64,000 nt of DNA from Deltaproteobacteria bacterium. Lineage in GTDB: Bacteria; Myxococcota_A; UBA9160; UBA6930. This document shows, in pieces, positions 1-8,607 of the stretch. Where the stretch lies: positions 138,215-202,214 of the forward strand of contig VGRF01000004.1 in NCBI GenBank assembly GCA_016875395.1, given 5' to 3'. Each line of letters begins with the position of its first letter. Position 1 is the first letter of the stretch. Made by a program: the position numbers and the translations under genes. A model generated the notes under the pieces. The model was not told where the DNA came from. It did no database searches and worked only from the letters and a program-made list of their open reading frames with translations.

Positions 1-1
1 G

Positions 2-646
2 CGCGGCGAAGCCTTCGACTTCCGCGGCAAGTACTGGAACGTGGGCAAGCCCGCCTCGAGCTTCGACTTCCTGAAGCTGCATCTGCGCCCGTATCAGAAT
101 CCGCATCCCCCGATCGGGATTGCCGGCCTCTCCGCGGGCTCCGAGACCCTGAAGATCGCGGGCGAGCGCGCCTTCATGCCGCTCTCGCTCTCGCTGAACG
201 ACGACCACACGGCGTCGCACTGGAAGTCGGTGGAAGAAGGCGCGCGCCGCAGCGGGCGCACGCCGAGCCGCAAAGACTGGCGCATCGTGCGCGACATCTA
301 CATCGCGCCCACCGACGCCGAGGCGAAGCGGCGCGTGCGCGAAGGCATGCTCGGCCGCGTCTGGCGCGACTACCTGCTGCCGTTCTTCACCGGCAGCGGC
401 ATGGGCCCGAACCTCGTTAGGCCCGGCGACCCCGAGAGCGCGCTCAGCGTGGACTACTTCATCGAGAACGCCTGGCTGGTCGGCTCGCCCGACACCGTGG
501 TGCGCAAGATCCAGCGCCTCCAGCAAGCGACCGGCGGCTTCGGGACGCTGCTGATGATGGTCTACGACTACAGCAACGAGTCCGCGCACTTGGACGAGTC
601 CCTGCGCCTGCTGACGAAAGAGGTGATGCCGCATTTCGCCGACTGA
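2..646 (+). CDS. LLM-class (luciferase-like) flavin-dependent oxidoreductase, C-terminal part; 5' end outside window
   Basis: Frame of ORF 41..646 stays open back to nt 2 (RGEAFDFRGKYWNV...). The sequence pattern is typical of luciferase-like monooxygenases, and GC3 is high. Confidence 0.75.
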   Translation, partial: RGEAFDFRGKYWNVGKPASSFDFLKLHLRPYQNPHPPIGIAGLSAGSETLKIAGERAFMPLSLSLNDDHTASHWKSVEEGARRSGRTPSRKDWRIVRDIYIAPTDAEAKRRVREGMLGRVWRDYLLPFFTGSGMGPNLVRPGDPESALSVDYFIENAWLVGSPDTVVRKIQRLQQATGGFGTLLMMVYDYSNESAHLDESLRLLTKEVMPHFAD

Positions 647-717
647 CCTCGCCGCGCACTGACGGGCGCACAGATCTCGATCGACGGCGCGCAGCCCGCA
701 GGCTGAACGAGGAGCGC

Positions 718-1179
718 ATGACGAGCGACGAACAAGCCATCCGCAACTTGCTCTTCACCTACGCCGAACGCATCGACCGCGGCGACATCGAAGGCATGGC
801 GCGCCTCTTCGAGCACGCCGCTTACCGCGCCGGCGACCAGCCGCCGATCACCGACTGGCGAGCCGTCGCGCATCTGAACCAAACGCTCGTGATCCTCTAC
901 GAAGACGGCACGCCGAAGACGCAGCACGACACGACCAACGTGCTCATCGAGCTCGACCCCACGAGCACCAAAGCCTCCGCCCGCTCCCGCTTCACGGTCC
1001 TCCAATGCGCTCCAGGTCAACCGCTCCAACTCATCGTCGCCGGCCGCTACCACGACACCTTCGAAAAGCACGCCAACACCTGGCGCTTCGCCACCCGCCA
1101 CATCTTCATGGACCTGATCGGCGACCTGACCAAACACCTCCGCCTCGACAAGCTCGCCGAAGCCCAACGCCGCCCCTAA
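718..1179 (+). CDS. SnoaL-like / NTF2-fold protein
   Basis: ATG 718 is preceded by GAGGAG. The N-terminus IRNLLFTYAERIDRGDIEGMARLF and the overall ~150 aa pattern fit the SnoaL_4/NTF2 family. Stop is TAA 1177..1179. Confidence 0.8.
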   Translation: MTSDEQAIRNLLFTYAERIDRGDIEGMARLFEHAAYRAGDQPPITDWRAVAHLNQTLVILYEDGTPKTQHDTTNVLIELDPTSTKASARSRFTVLQCAPGQPLQLIVAGRYHDTFEKHANTWRFATRHIFMDLIGDLTKHLRLDKLAEAQRRP

Positions 1180-1180
1180 C

Positions 1181-1206
1181 GCGCGCGCGAGTCTTCGACG
1201 CGCGCC
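1181..1206. repeat. GC hairpin with conserved loop GAGTCTTCGAC (copy 1)
   Basis: A 6-bp stem (1183-1188 with 1200-1205) flanks loop 1189..1199. It starts 2 nt after the stop of the SnoaL-like gene. Confidence 0.6.
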
Positions 1207-1210
1207 CCGC

Positions 1211-1380
1211 CACTAACAACTCCACCACCCGCAAGCCCCCGCGCCCCCTGACCACGCGCAGCGCGCGGGAGGCGCGCCTCAACGGCGCGCCGATCCGCGC
1301 CCGCGTCTACTCCCTGTCACGCGATCCACGCAAGGCAAGAGCAGCCGGCGCGGGCCGCAGCGGGGGTCGCGGAGCGAGTG
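1211..1380 (+). repeat. Intergenic repeat family R, copy 1 (52-nt core 1253..1304 identical to 55283..55334)
   Basis: It begins with TAACAACTC (1214..1222). The core is CACGCGCAGCGCGCGGGAGGCGCGCCTCAACGGCGCGCCGATCCGCGCCCGC, which contains the hairpin GGCGCGCC-TCAAC-GGCGCGCC. The flanks align at roughly 75% with 55243..55405. Confidence 0.75.
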
Positions 1381-1539
1381 CCCAGGCGCGAGGCGCGCTC
1401 ACACTGGGATGCATCGCGCCAAACAGCACGATGAGCGCACGACTCCGCCTGACGCGCCCGCGCGGCCGAGCGCAGCCGAGCCCCCGCGGAGGCCCGCGCC
1501 GGCTGCGCTGCCCCGAACAAGCGGACCACGCCCAGGCTC

Positions 1540-1572
1540 GAGCGCGCGCCGAGTCTTCGACGGCGCGCGCTC
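1540..1572. repeat. GC hairpin with conserved loop GAGTCTTCGAC (copy 2); possible terminator of the ABM gene
   Basis: An 11-bp stem GAGCGCGCGCC/GGCGCGCGCTC encloses loop 1551..1561. It lies 3 nt downstream of the ABM stop on the minus strand. There is no U-tract. Confidence 0.6.
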
Positions 1573-1575
1573 CCA

Positions 1576-1878
1576 CTACCGAAGGGGCCCCTTCGACGAC
1601 ACCACGAACTTGTCGGCCTTCATCTCCTTCACCCCGAACCCACCCATCGCCGCCTGGAACTTCGCCATGTGCGGCGTCGCGAAGTGCGACGCCAGGATCG
1701 CGTCACTCTCCCACTCCTCGAGAATCCAGTACCGCCCCGGCTCCGAGAGATCCCGCGCAAACGTGTAGGCGTGACAACCTTTCTCCTTGCGCGACTCCAC
1801 CATCATCTCCCGCATCGCCGCGTCCGCCGCGGCCACGTTCGCCGCATCGATCAGCAGCGCCGCATGAATCACGATCAC
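1576..1878 (-). CDS. Antibiotic-biosynthesis-monooxygenase (ABM/Dabb) domain protein
   Basis: C-terminal part of ORF 1576..1941 with pattern VIVIHAALLIDAAN...YWILEEWESDAILASHF. The start was moved to GTG 1878 because AGGAGG lies 6 nt upstream. Confidence 0.75.
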   Translation of the reverse strand: MIVIHAALLIDAANVAAADAAMREMMVESRKEKGCHAYTFARDLSEPGRYWILEEWESDAILASHFATPHMAKFQAAMGGFGVKEMKADKFVVSSKGPLR

Positions 1879-2015
1879 GAGGATCCTCCTTCTCACGTGG
1901 GTTGACTCGAAGTCGCGCATGATAAGCGCGGTTGCGAGCAACTTGGGCCGCGCATGCGCGTTGATTCTTCGTAAGATGGCGCGCCGGACGGACCGTCCGA
2001 CTCGACGAGGTGCCC

Positions 2016-4079
2016 ATGCCGCTGCTGCGTCTGCTCGCGGTCTCGTTTTCCGTTCTCGCGCCGACGCTCGCGCTCGCGGGCGGAGCCTCGGTGCACGAGC
2101 CGCCCGGCTTCCAGACCTTCGCGAGCCCGCAGGTGAACCCCATCGCGGTCTCGCCGAGCGGCCACGAGATCTACGTCGCCAACACCTCGAGCAATACGCT
2201 CAGCGTGCTCACCGCGTCGCCGCTGCGGCAGGTGCGCCAGGTCGACGTGGGCCTCGAGCCGGTCGCCGTCGCGGTCAAGCCGGACGGCAGCGAGGTGTGG
2301 GTCGCGAATCACGTGAGCGACTCGATCAGCGTGATCGACGTGGCGGCCGGCAGCGCGAGCTTCCGCGAGGTCGTCGAGACGATTCAGGTGCTCGACGGCG
2401 CACTCGCGACGCAGTTCGACGAACCGGCGGGCATCGCGTTCGCCGGCAACGGCAAAGCCTACGTCGCACTCTCTTCGCGCGATCAGATCGCCGTGATCGA
2501 CACGACGAGTTATCAGGTCACCGGCTTCATCGCGGTGCGCGGCTCCGATCCGCGCGCGATCGCGGTGCGAAACGGCCTGCTCTACGTCGCCGCGTTCGAG
2601 GCCAACAACCAGAGTGAGGTCTCCGCCTGCGCGACGCCGTTCGGCAGCCCCATCGTCGGTGGGCAGTGCACGCTCGGCTTGCAGCAGCTTCAGACCTTCG
2701 TGACGCAGCCGAACATCCCCGGCGCGACGAAGAACATCGTGATCGACCCGCAGGTCCCCGATCGCGACCTGTTCGTGTACGACACCGCGACCGACCAGGA
2801 GATCGCCACGGTGTCCGGCATCGGCACCCTGCTCTACGGCCTCGCGGTCGACGCGAACGGACGCGCGTTCCTGACGCAGACCGACGCGCGCAATGCGGTC
2901 AACGGCAATCACGGCGAAGTGCTCATCACGCTGCAGAACCGCATGTTCGACAACGAGCTCGCGGCGGTGACCTGCACCAGCGGCGGCTGCGGCAGCGTGA
3001 CGACGCGGAACCTCGAAGCGAGCGGGACGACGCACGCGAACTCGCTTGCAACGCCCTACGGCATCGCGCTCTCGGCCGACGGCTCGACGCTGCTGATGAC
3101 CGCCGCGGGCGCGAGCCGCATCGCGAGCTTCAGCACGAACCTCACCGGCGCCGCGCTCGACACGCTCGACGTCGGCGCGATCCCGCGCGGCGTCGCGCTC
3201 TACTCGCCGAGCGGCGCCACCGGAACAGCCTACGTGCTGAACTCGCTCGACAACTCGGTCTGGCAGGTGGCGCTCGGCGCGAACGGCGCGCTCACCCACG
3301 TCGCGAGCGTGACGGTGGGCCGCGACCCGACGCCGGCGGCGGTGCGGCGCGGCGCGATCGCCTTCAACAACGCCTTCGCCTCGACGACCGGCAACTTCTC
3401 GTGCGGAAGCTGCCACCCCGACGCGAACGTCGATCAGCTGCTCTGGCGCATCGGCGGCGACTGCAGCGCGATCGGCTGCGCCCCCGGCGACGAGCCGCGC
3501 ACGACGATGCCGATCCGCGGCCTCGCGAACACCGTGCCGCTGCACTGGGACGGCACGCTCGGCGACCCGTTCGGCGGCGGCAACGGTTCGGTCGGCCTGA
3601 ACGGCGCCGGCGGCACGGACTGCGCGCTCGGCGATGCGGACGGCGAGCACGACTGCTTCCTCGACCTCGTGAACGGCAGCCTCTCCGGCGTGATGTGCGA
3701 TCAGGCGAACGCGTGCCCGCCGGGCGGCAACGAGCTCAGCGCGCAGGAGCGCGACGACCTCGCGCGCTTCATCGCGGCGGTCGCATACCCGCCGGCGCGC
3801 ATGCGCCGCGTCGACGACGATCCGTCGCGCCTCGCGGACCCGGTACCCGCGACACAGGGCGGTGTCGCCACCTCCGCGGTGAAGGGCTTCGCCGAGTTCT
3901 TCGCGAACCAAGACGGCGCGGGCCAGCCGCGCTCGTGCGGCGATAACGACGGCGGCTGCCACGCGCTGCCGCTCGGCACGGCGACGAACTCCGCAACGCT
4001 CGACGGCTTCGATGCGCCGACGATGCGCGGAATGACGGATCGCACGCTGCAGTTCTCGCTCGGCGTCACCAACGCGTAA
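2016..4079 (+). CDS. Secreted YVTN-type beta-propeller protein with a C-terminal haem-c (peroxidase/MauG-like) region; ends at an in-frame TAA
   Basis: Signal peptide LLAVSFSVLAPTLALAGG. Repeated blades are visible (VAVSPSGHEIYVAN, VAVKPDGSEVWVAN, IAFAGNGKAYVA). A CGSCH haem-binding motif and PLHWDGT are present. ATG 2016 has GAGG 5 nt upstream (alternative GTG 2010). Confidence 0.8.
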   Translation: MPLLRLLAVSFSVLAPTLALAGGASVHEPPGFQTFASPQVNPIAVSPSGHEIYVANTSSNTLSVLTASPLRQVRQVDVGLEPVAVAVKPDGSEVWVANHVSDSISVIDVAAGSASFREVVETIQVLDGALATQFDEPAGIAFAGNGKAYVALSSRDQIAVIDTTSYQVTGFIAVRGSDPRAIAVRNGLLYVAAFEANNQSEVSACATPFGSPIVGGQCTLGLQQLQTFVTQPNIPGATKNIVIDPQVPDRDLFVYDTATDQEIATVSGIGTLLYGLAVDANGRAFLTQTDARNAVNGNHGEVLITLQNRMFDNELAAVTCTSGGCGSVTTRNLEASGTTHANSLATPYGIALSADGSTLLMTAAGASRIASFSTNLTGAALDTLDVGAIPRGVALYSPSGATGTAYVLNSLDNSVWQVALGANGALTHVASVTVGRDPTPAAVRRGAIAFNNAFASTTGNFSCGSCHPDANVDQLLWRIGGDCSAIGCAPGDEPRTTMPIRGLANTVPLHWDGTLGDPFGGGNGSVGLNGAGGTDCALGDADGEHDCFLDLVNGSLSGVMCDQANACPPGGNELSAQERDDLARFIAAVAYPPARMRRVDDDPSRLADPVPATQGGVATSAVKGFAEFFANQDGAGQPRSCGDNDGGCHALPLGTATNSATLDGFDAPTMRGMTDRTLQFSLGVTNA

Positions 4080-4178
4080 GAGATCCTCGCGTTCGCCACG
4101 GCGAACAACGAGCCCGGGTTCGCGTGGGATCCCAACCAAGGCTTCAAGGAGCAGGTCACGTTCGGCTCCGCGTTCCTC

Positions 4179-4883
4179 GTGTTCGAGACGGTCTACGGCG
4201 TGCGACCGGTCGACATCTTCCAGATGCTCGAAGAGGCGAGCACCGGCACCTCGGGCGCGACCGGCCGCCAGCTCACGCTGAACACCGCCACGGCGAACGC
4301 ACCCGAGACGCTCGCGTTGATGACGGCGCTCGAAGCCGCCGACGCGCGCGGCGCCGTCAACCTGCGGCTGGTCGGGCGCCGTAACAACGCGACGCTCTTC
4401 CTCAGCTACAACGGCATCGTCTACGCGGGCGACACGTTTTCGCTGACGCCCGCCCAGCTGCGCAGCGAGGCCGCCGCAGGCGTCACGTTCGCGACGCTCA
4501 CCGCGCACCTCCGCCGCGACACCGGCACGACGCCGCAGCCGCTGATCTCGACGGTCGGCGCGAGCTCGTCTGCGACTCCGATCGGCGATCCGCCGCTGCC
4601 GACCCTCGCGACGTCGGGAAACCCGGCGGCGTTCAACGTGACCGGCGCCAACGTCTCGCAGTTCGCGACGATCTTCGTGAACGGCGCCTCCGCCCCCGGC
4701 TTCGTGACCTGCGGCGCGGGCTCGACCGGCGGGTTCTGTAATCCCGGCAACGTCTCGATCGACCTGAATTCCAGCCCCGGCGCGGGACTGCACCTCCTGC
4801 AGCTGCAAAACCCCTCGGGCTTGTTCTCGAACGAGCTCCCGATCTGCGCGGGCGCCGCGAACGGCTGTCGCGACTCGCAGTAA
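4179..4883 (+). CDS. Probable detached C-terminus of the upstream beta-propeller/haem protein (IPT/TIG-like end)
   Basis: Same reading frame as 2016..4079. The frame is open and protein-like from 4080, and the first start codon is GTG 4179. The C-terminus FNVTGANVSQFATIFVNG...LHLLQLQNPSGLFSNELPI resembles an IPT/TIG domain. Confidence 0.55.
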   Translation: MFETVYGVRPVDIFQMLEEASTGTSGATGRQLTLNTATANAPETLALMTALEAADARGAVNLRLVGRRNNATLFLSYNGIVYAGDTFSLTPAQLRSEAAAGVTFATLTAHLRRDTGTTPQPLISTVGASSSATPIGDPPLPTLATSGNPAAFNVTGANVSQFATIFVNGASAPGFVTCGAGSTGGFCNPGNVSIDLNSSPGAGLHLLQLQNPSGLFSNELPICAGAANGCRDSQ

Positions 4884-4886
4884 CCG

Positions 4887-6371
4887 TCAGGGCCGCCGCC
4901 GCACGAACGCGGCGGCGAGCCCTGCGGCCATCAGCGCGAGCGCGGGCGCATCGCCAAAGCGCGCATAGGTGCTCGGCTCGGCGTTCGCGTGCAGCTCCGC
5001 GTGAATCGCGCCGCGTTCTTCCAGCGCGAGCGACGCCACCACGCGGCCACGCGCGTCGATCAGCGCGGAGATCCCCGTGTTCGCCGCGCGAGCGATCGGC
5101 GTGCGCAGCTCGATCGCGCGCACGACGGCGTGCGCGAGGTGCATCTCCGCGTAGCCGCTGCGGCCGAACCACGCGTCGTTGGAGAGATTGAAGAAGAACT
5201 GCGCGCCGCTCGCGGAGAAGCCGCGCATGAGGCCTGCATCCGTGACCTCGAAGCAGATCGGCGCAGCGAACGGAACGCCGAGGCGCCGAAACACCGTCGC
5301 TTCGCGGCCCGCCTGATACGGCGTCGCGTTCGCGACGCTCGCGAAGAGCGCTCGCAGCGGCGCGCCCCACGCGGGCTCGGCCTCGGCGAACGGCACGAGC
5401 CGCTGCTTCGCGTAGCTCTCGATCACGCCCGCGCGCGGCACCACCAGCAGCGCCGAGTTCGTGACTCCGCCGCGCGCGAGACGCTGCGCGCCCGTAATCA
5501 CCGGCACACCGCTCGCTTCGACCTGACGGCGCACGGCCGCGAGCAGGCGCGCGTCGCGCTCGAGCACCGCGTCGATCGCGGTCTCGGGCCACACCGCCAC
5601 GTCGAGTGGGCCCGCGCTCGCGAGCAGCTCGCGCGTGAGCGCTGCGTAGTCCTCCGCATGGACGAGCGCCGCGCCCGCTTGCCAGCGCTCGCGCTGCGGC
5701 GTCGACGCCTGCACGACGCCGACCCGCAGCGGCTCGCCCTCGCGGAGGCGCGCGGCGCCGATCCCAACGGCGCACGCCGCGGCGAGGCCTAACAAGAGGG
5801 GTGCCCACAGGGGACGCGCGCTGCGCTGCGCCCACGCGAAACCGATCCCGGCGGAGATCGCGATCGCGACGAAGCTCGCCCCGCCCGCTCCGATCCACTC
5901 CGCGCTCTGCAGCAGCCCAGGCGCAGGCGCGAGTGCATGCGACGCGAGCAGCCACGGCAGGCCGAGCGGCGCCGCACGGAACCACTCCGAGAACGCGTAC
6001 AGCGCCGCGAACGCGAGCGGCGCCAGAGCGGGCGCGAGGCGCGGCCGCAGCGCGGCGAACGCGGCCATCGCGAAGGCGGGCACGAGCGCGTAGGCAGCGA
6101 CGAGGCCGGCCGTGACGAGCCACGCGGTCGCGGGCGGCGTCGCGTACTCGACCGCCAGCGCGTGCACGAGCCAGCGCACGATCGCGAGCGCCATCGCGAG
6201 CGAGTACGCGTACGTGAGCGTGAAGGCGCCGAGCGGGCGCGCGCTCCAGAGCGCCGCGGCGAGCGGCGCGAGCATCGCGAGCGCGAGCGGCCACGCACCG
6301 AACGGAGGGAACGCGAGCACGGTCAGCACGGCGCTCGCGAGCGCGAGCAGCGCCCGCGCGTGCGGTTTCAC
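4887..6371 (-). CDS. lnt: Apolipoprotein N-acyltransferase
   Basis: The N-terminus is polytopic and hydrophobic (LLALASAVLTVLAFPPFGAWPLA). CN-hydrolase motifs VWPETA, APICFE and LSNDAWFG follow. GTG 6371 overlaps the upstream stop (GTGA). Confidence 0.85.
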   Translation of the reverse strand: MKPHARALLALASAVLTVLAFPPFGAWPLALAMLAPLAAALWSARPLGAFTLTYAYSLAMALAIVRWLVHALAVEYATPPATAWLVTAGLVAAYALVPAFAMAAFAALRPRLAPALAPLAFAALYAFSEWFRAAPLGLPWLLASHALAPAPGLLQSAEWIGAGGASFVAIAISAGIGFAWAQRSARPLWAPLLLGLAAACAVGIGAARLREGEPLRVGVVQASTPQRERWQAGAALVHAEDYAALTRELLASAGPLDVAVWPETAIDAVLERDARLLAAVRRQVEASGVPVITGAQRLARGGVTNSALLVVPRAGVIESYAKQRLVPFAEAEPAWGAPLRALFASVANATPYQAGREATVFRRLGVPFAAPICFEVTDAGLMRGFSASGAQFFFNLSNDAWFGRSGYAEMHLAHAVVRAIELRTPIARAANTGISALIDARGRVVASLALEERGAIHAELHANAEPSTYARFGDAPALALMAAGLAAAFVRRRP

Positions 6372-7213
6372 GCCGCTGGCCAGCCCGGCACGAGGCGCAG
6401 ATCCTTCGCCGCGGGCTGCGCGTGAATCGTCTTGCCGTGCCACTTCGCGGCATCCGGGCTGGTCACGAGCCACGCGATCACCGCGGCGGGAACGAGCGGA
6501 GGGGCACCGCCACCCGGAACGGCCCGTAACAAGTCCTCCGTGAGCCCTTGCTCGCGCATCGATTCGGTGAGCACGAGGCCAGGCTCGAGGTTGAAGAACG
6601 ACAAGCCCGAGCGCGCGTGCTCCGACGCGAGCGCGCCCGCCAGTCGGATGAACGCGGCTTTCGACGCGCCGTACGCGAAGCCCCACGCGCCCGAGCCCGG
6701 GGGCGGATCGCTCATGCCCGCAGCGCTCACGAGATTCACGATCGCCCCGCTCTTGCGCGCGAGCATCTGCGGCAGCAGCTCCTGCACCACGAGCAGCTGA
6801 TGCGTGACGTTGCCGAGGAACACGCGCGAGACGTGCTCGAGATCGAGGGAGAGCACGGGGTCCATGACGCCGGGGCCCTGATAGATCGCGTTGTTCACCA
6901 GCACGTCGATGCGCCCGAACGCCGCGAGCGCGGCGCGCGCCGCAGCGCGCGTGCTCTCGCGATCGAGCAGGTCCATCGGCACCGCGTGCGCCCGCGCGCC
7001 GCGCGCGCGCAGCAGCTCCGCCGTCTCGTCGAGACTGCCCGGCATCGCGCGCACCAGCGGCTTCCCGGCGAGCGGCGAGTAGTCGTGCTGCTCCGCGCCC
7101 GTGACGGTGCGCGCAGAGATCACGACGTCGAAGCCCTTGTCCGCGAGCGCGAGCGCCGTGGCTTTCCCGATTCCGCGCGATGCGCCCGTGACGAACGCGA
7201 CCGGCTTGCTCAC
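6368..7213 (-). CDS. SDR-family oxidoreductase
   Basis: TGASRGIG Rossmann motif, NNAIY, and YGASKAA (Y-x3-K). GTG 7213 overlaps the stop of the upstream gene. Confidence 0.85.
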   Translation of the reverse strand: MSKPVAFVTGASRGIGKATALALADKGFDVVISARTVTGAEQHDYSPLAGKPLVRAMPGSLDETAELLRARGARAHAVPMDLLDRESTRAAARAALAAFGRIDVLVNNAIYQGPGVMDPVLSLDLEHVSRVFLGNVTHQLLVVQELLPQMLARKSGAIVNLVSAAGMSDPPPGSGAWGFAYGASKAAFIRLAGALASEHARSGLSFFNLEPGLVLTESMREQGLTEDLLRAVPGGGAPPLVPAAVIAWLVTSPDAAKWHGKTIHAQPAAKDLRLVPGWPAA

Positions 7214-8016
7214 GAGGGCTTCCCCGCACGCGCCCGCGCGCGCGCCGCCCGGTAGTCGGGCTCGCGCTTCTCCATGAATGCGCGCACGGCCTCGACGTTC
7301 TCCGCCGAGCCCGCCTGCGCCTTCATGCCCGCGCGCTCCGCTTCGAGCGCGACCGCGATGCCCGGCGCGAGCGCGGCCTTCAGCGTGCGCTTCGACTCGC
7401 GCAGCGCCGACACCGGGAACTGCGCCATCTCGCGCGCCTTCGCGAGCGCAACGCCGAGCACCGCGTCGTCCGCGTGCAGCGAAGTCGCGATGCCCACCTC
7501 CAGCGCGCGCGCCGCGGGAATCCACTCCGCCGTGTACATCAGCTCCCCCGCGCGGCGCGGGCCGATCAGCGCCTGCAACAGGTACGAGCTCGCGCCTTCC
7601 GGCACGAGGCCGAGCCGCACGAACGGAAGCCGCAGCCGCGCGCTCTCGCCGAGGTACACGCAGTCGCAGTGGAAGAGGAACGTCGCGCCGAACCCCACGC
7701 AGACGCCGCGCGCCGCCGCGAGCAGCGGCTTCTCGAACGCGACCAGCGCATCCATCGTGTTGTCGTACCCGCTCGCGAACGGCCCCGTGCGCGGCTTCGC
7801 ACCGCCCGCGAACGAGCTCAGGTCCACGCCCGCCGAGAAGTCCCCGCCCGCGCCCGTAACGACTGCGACCGCGACGTCCTCGTCCGCGTTCGCCGCGCGC
7901 AGCGCATCCGCAAACCCGTCCCACTGCGCGTCGTCGAAGGCGTTCTTCTTCTCCGCGCGATTCAGCGTGATCAGGCGAACGCCCGCAGAGGAATCGGTGA
8001 CGAGCGGTGACGGCAT
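7210..8016 (-). CDS. Enoyl-CoA hydratase/isomerase (crotonase) family protein
   Basis: ITLNRAEKKNAF and VVTGAGGDFSAGVDL within a crotonase-fold pattern of 268 aa. Confidence 0.85.
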   Translation of the reverse strand: MPSPLVTDSSAGVRLITLNRAEKKNAFDDAQWDGFADALRAANADEDVAVAVVTGAGGDFSAGVDLSSFAGGAKPRTGPFASGYDNTMDALVAFEKPLLAAARGVCVGFGATFLFHCDCVYLGESARLRLPFVRLGLVPEGASSYLLQALIGPRRAGELMYTAEWIPAARALEVGIATSLHADDAVLGVALAKAREMAQFPVSALRESKRTLKAALAPGIAVALEAERAGMKAQAGSAENVEAVRAFMEKREPDYRAARARARAGKPS

Positions 8017-8059
8017 GCGGCCTCCCTGGGAACCGGCGCGGTGTATCAGAGGGCGCGAC

Positions 8060-8503
8060 TCAAATCCGCAGCCACACCGCGAAGCCGTGCCTGCCCGCCT
8101 GCACCACGAGATCGCGCAGGCGCGCGAGGGCGCGCTGGTACTCGCGGTTGTCGATGCGCACGCGGTACTCGGCGTGCGCGTCGCGCGCGACCGCGAACTC
8201 GTAGCGGGCGCCGTAGGTCTTGCGGTCCGCCTCGGTGAGGATGTCCGCGACGTCGTCGAGCGCGGCCTGCGGCACGAAGACGTCGCGACCGTCGCCGAGC
8301 TTGCCCATCTCGAGGGGCAGCCGGTTCAGCTCGACCAGGACGCCGTGGCCCTCGAGCGCGGCGACCGTGTTCGCGGAGATGCGCACGCGCTCGTCGGTCT
8401 CGAGCTCGCCGCGCTCGCTCATCCACACGCGCCCGCCGGCGCCCGCGCGAAACGGCGGAGGCGGCGCGTCGAACTGATCGGGCTCGAGATAGATCACGCG
8501 CAC
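8060..8503 (-). CDS. Hypothetical protein
   Basis: ORF 8060..8572 has coding-like GC3. The start was placed at GTG 8503 (GGGAG upstream) because ATG 8572 would leave only 35 nt to the divergent argF. I recognise no family. Confidence 0.5.
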   Translation of the reverse strand: MRVIYLEPDQFDAPPPPFRAGAGGRVWMSERGELETDERVRISANTVAALEGHGVLVELNRLPLEMGKLGDGRDVFVPQAALDDVADILTEADRKTYGARYEFAVARDAHAEYRVRIDNREYQRALARLRDLVVQAGRHGFAVWLRI

Positions 8504-8607
8504 GCTGCGCTCGGCTCCCGGACGAGCCGCGCAACGTAGGCCAGGCCCGCGCGCCTGGAAGCCGCGCGACAAACGCTTAGGATCGCCGGCTTCGCGAAGG
8601 AGCCGGC

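Noticed and set aside
4077-4079. Recoding of the in-frame stop by the nearby tRNA-Sec
   Set aside because: The stop is TAA. tRNA-Sec(UCA) decodes UGA, and no SECIS-like hairpin follows the stop.
1893-4808. Very long antisense ORFs (for example 1893..4808 minus, 12571..15927 minus, 50178..54419 minus, 16907..19480 plus)
   Set aside because: These are typical shadow ORFs of a roughly 70% GC genome. Their products are Arg/Ala/Gly/Pro-rich and low-complexity, with no motifs. Each lies opposite a gene with clear family signatures and a proper RBS.
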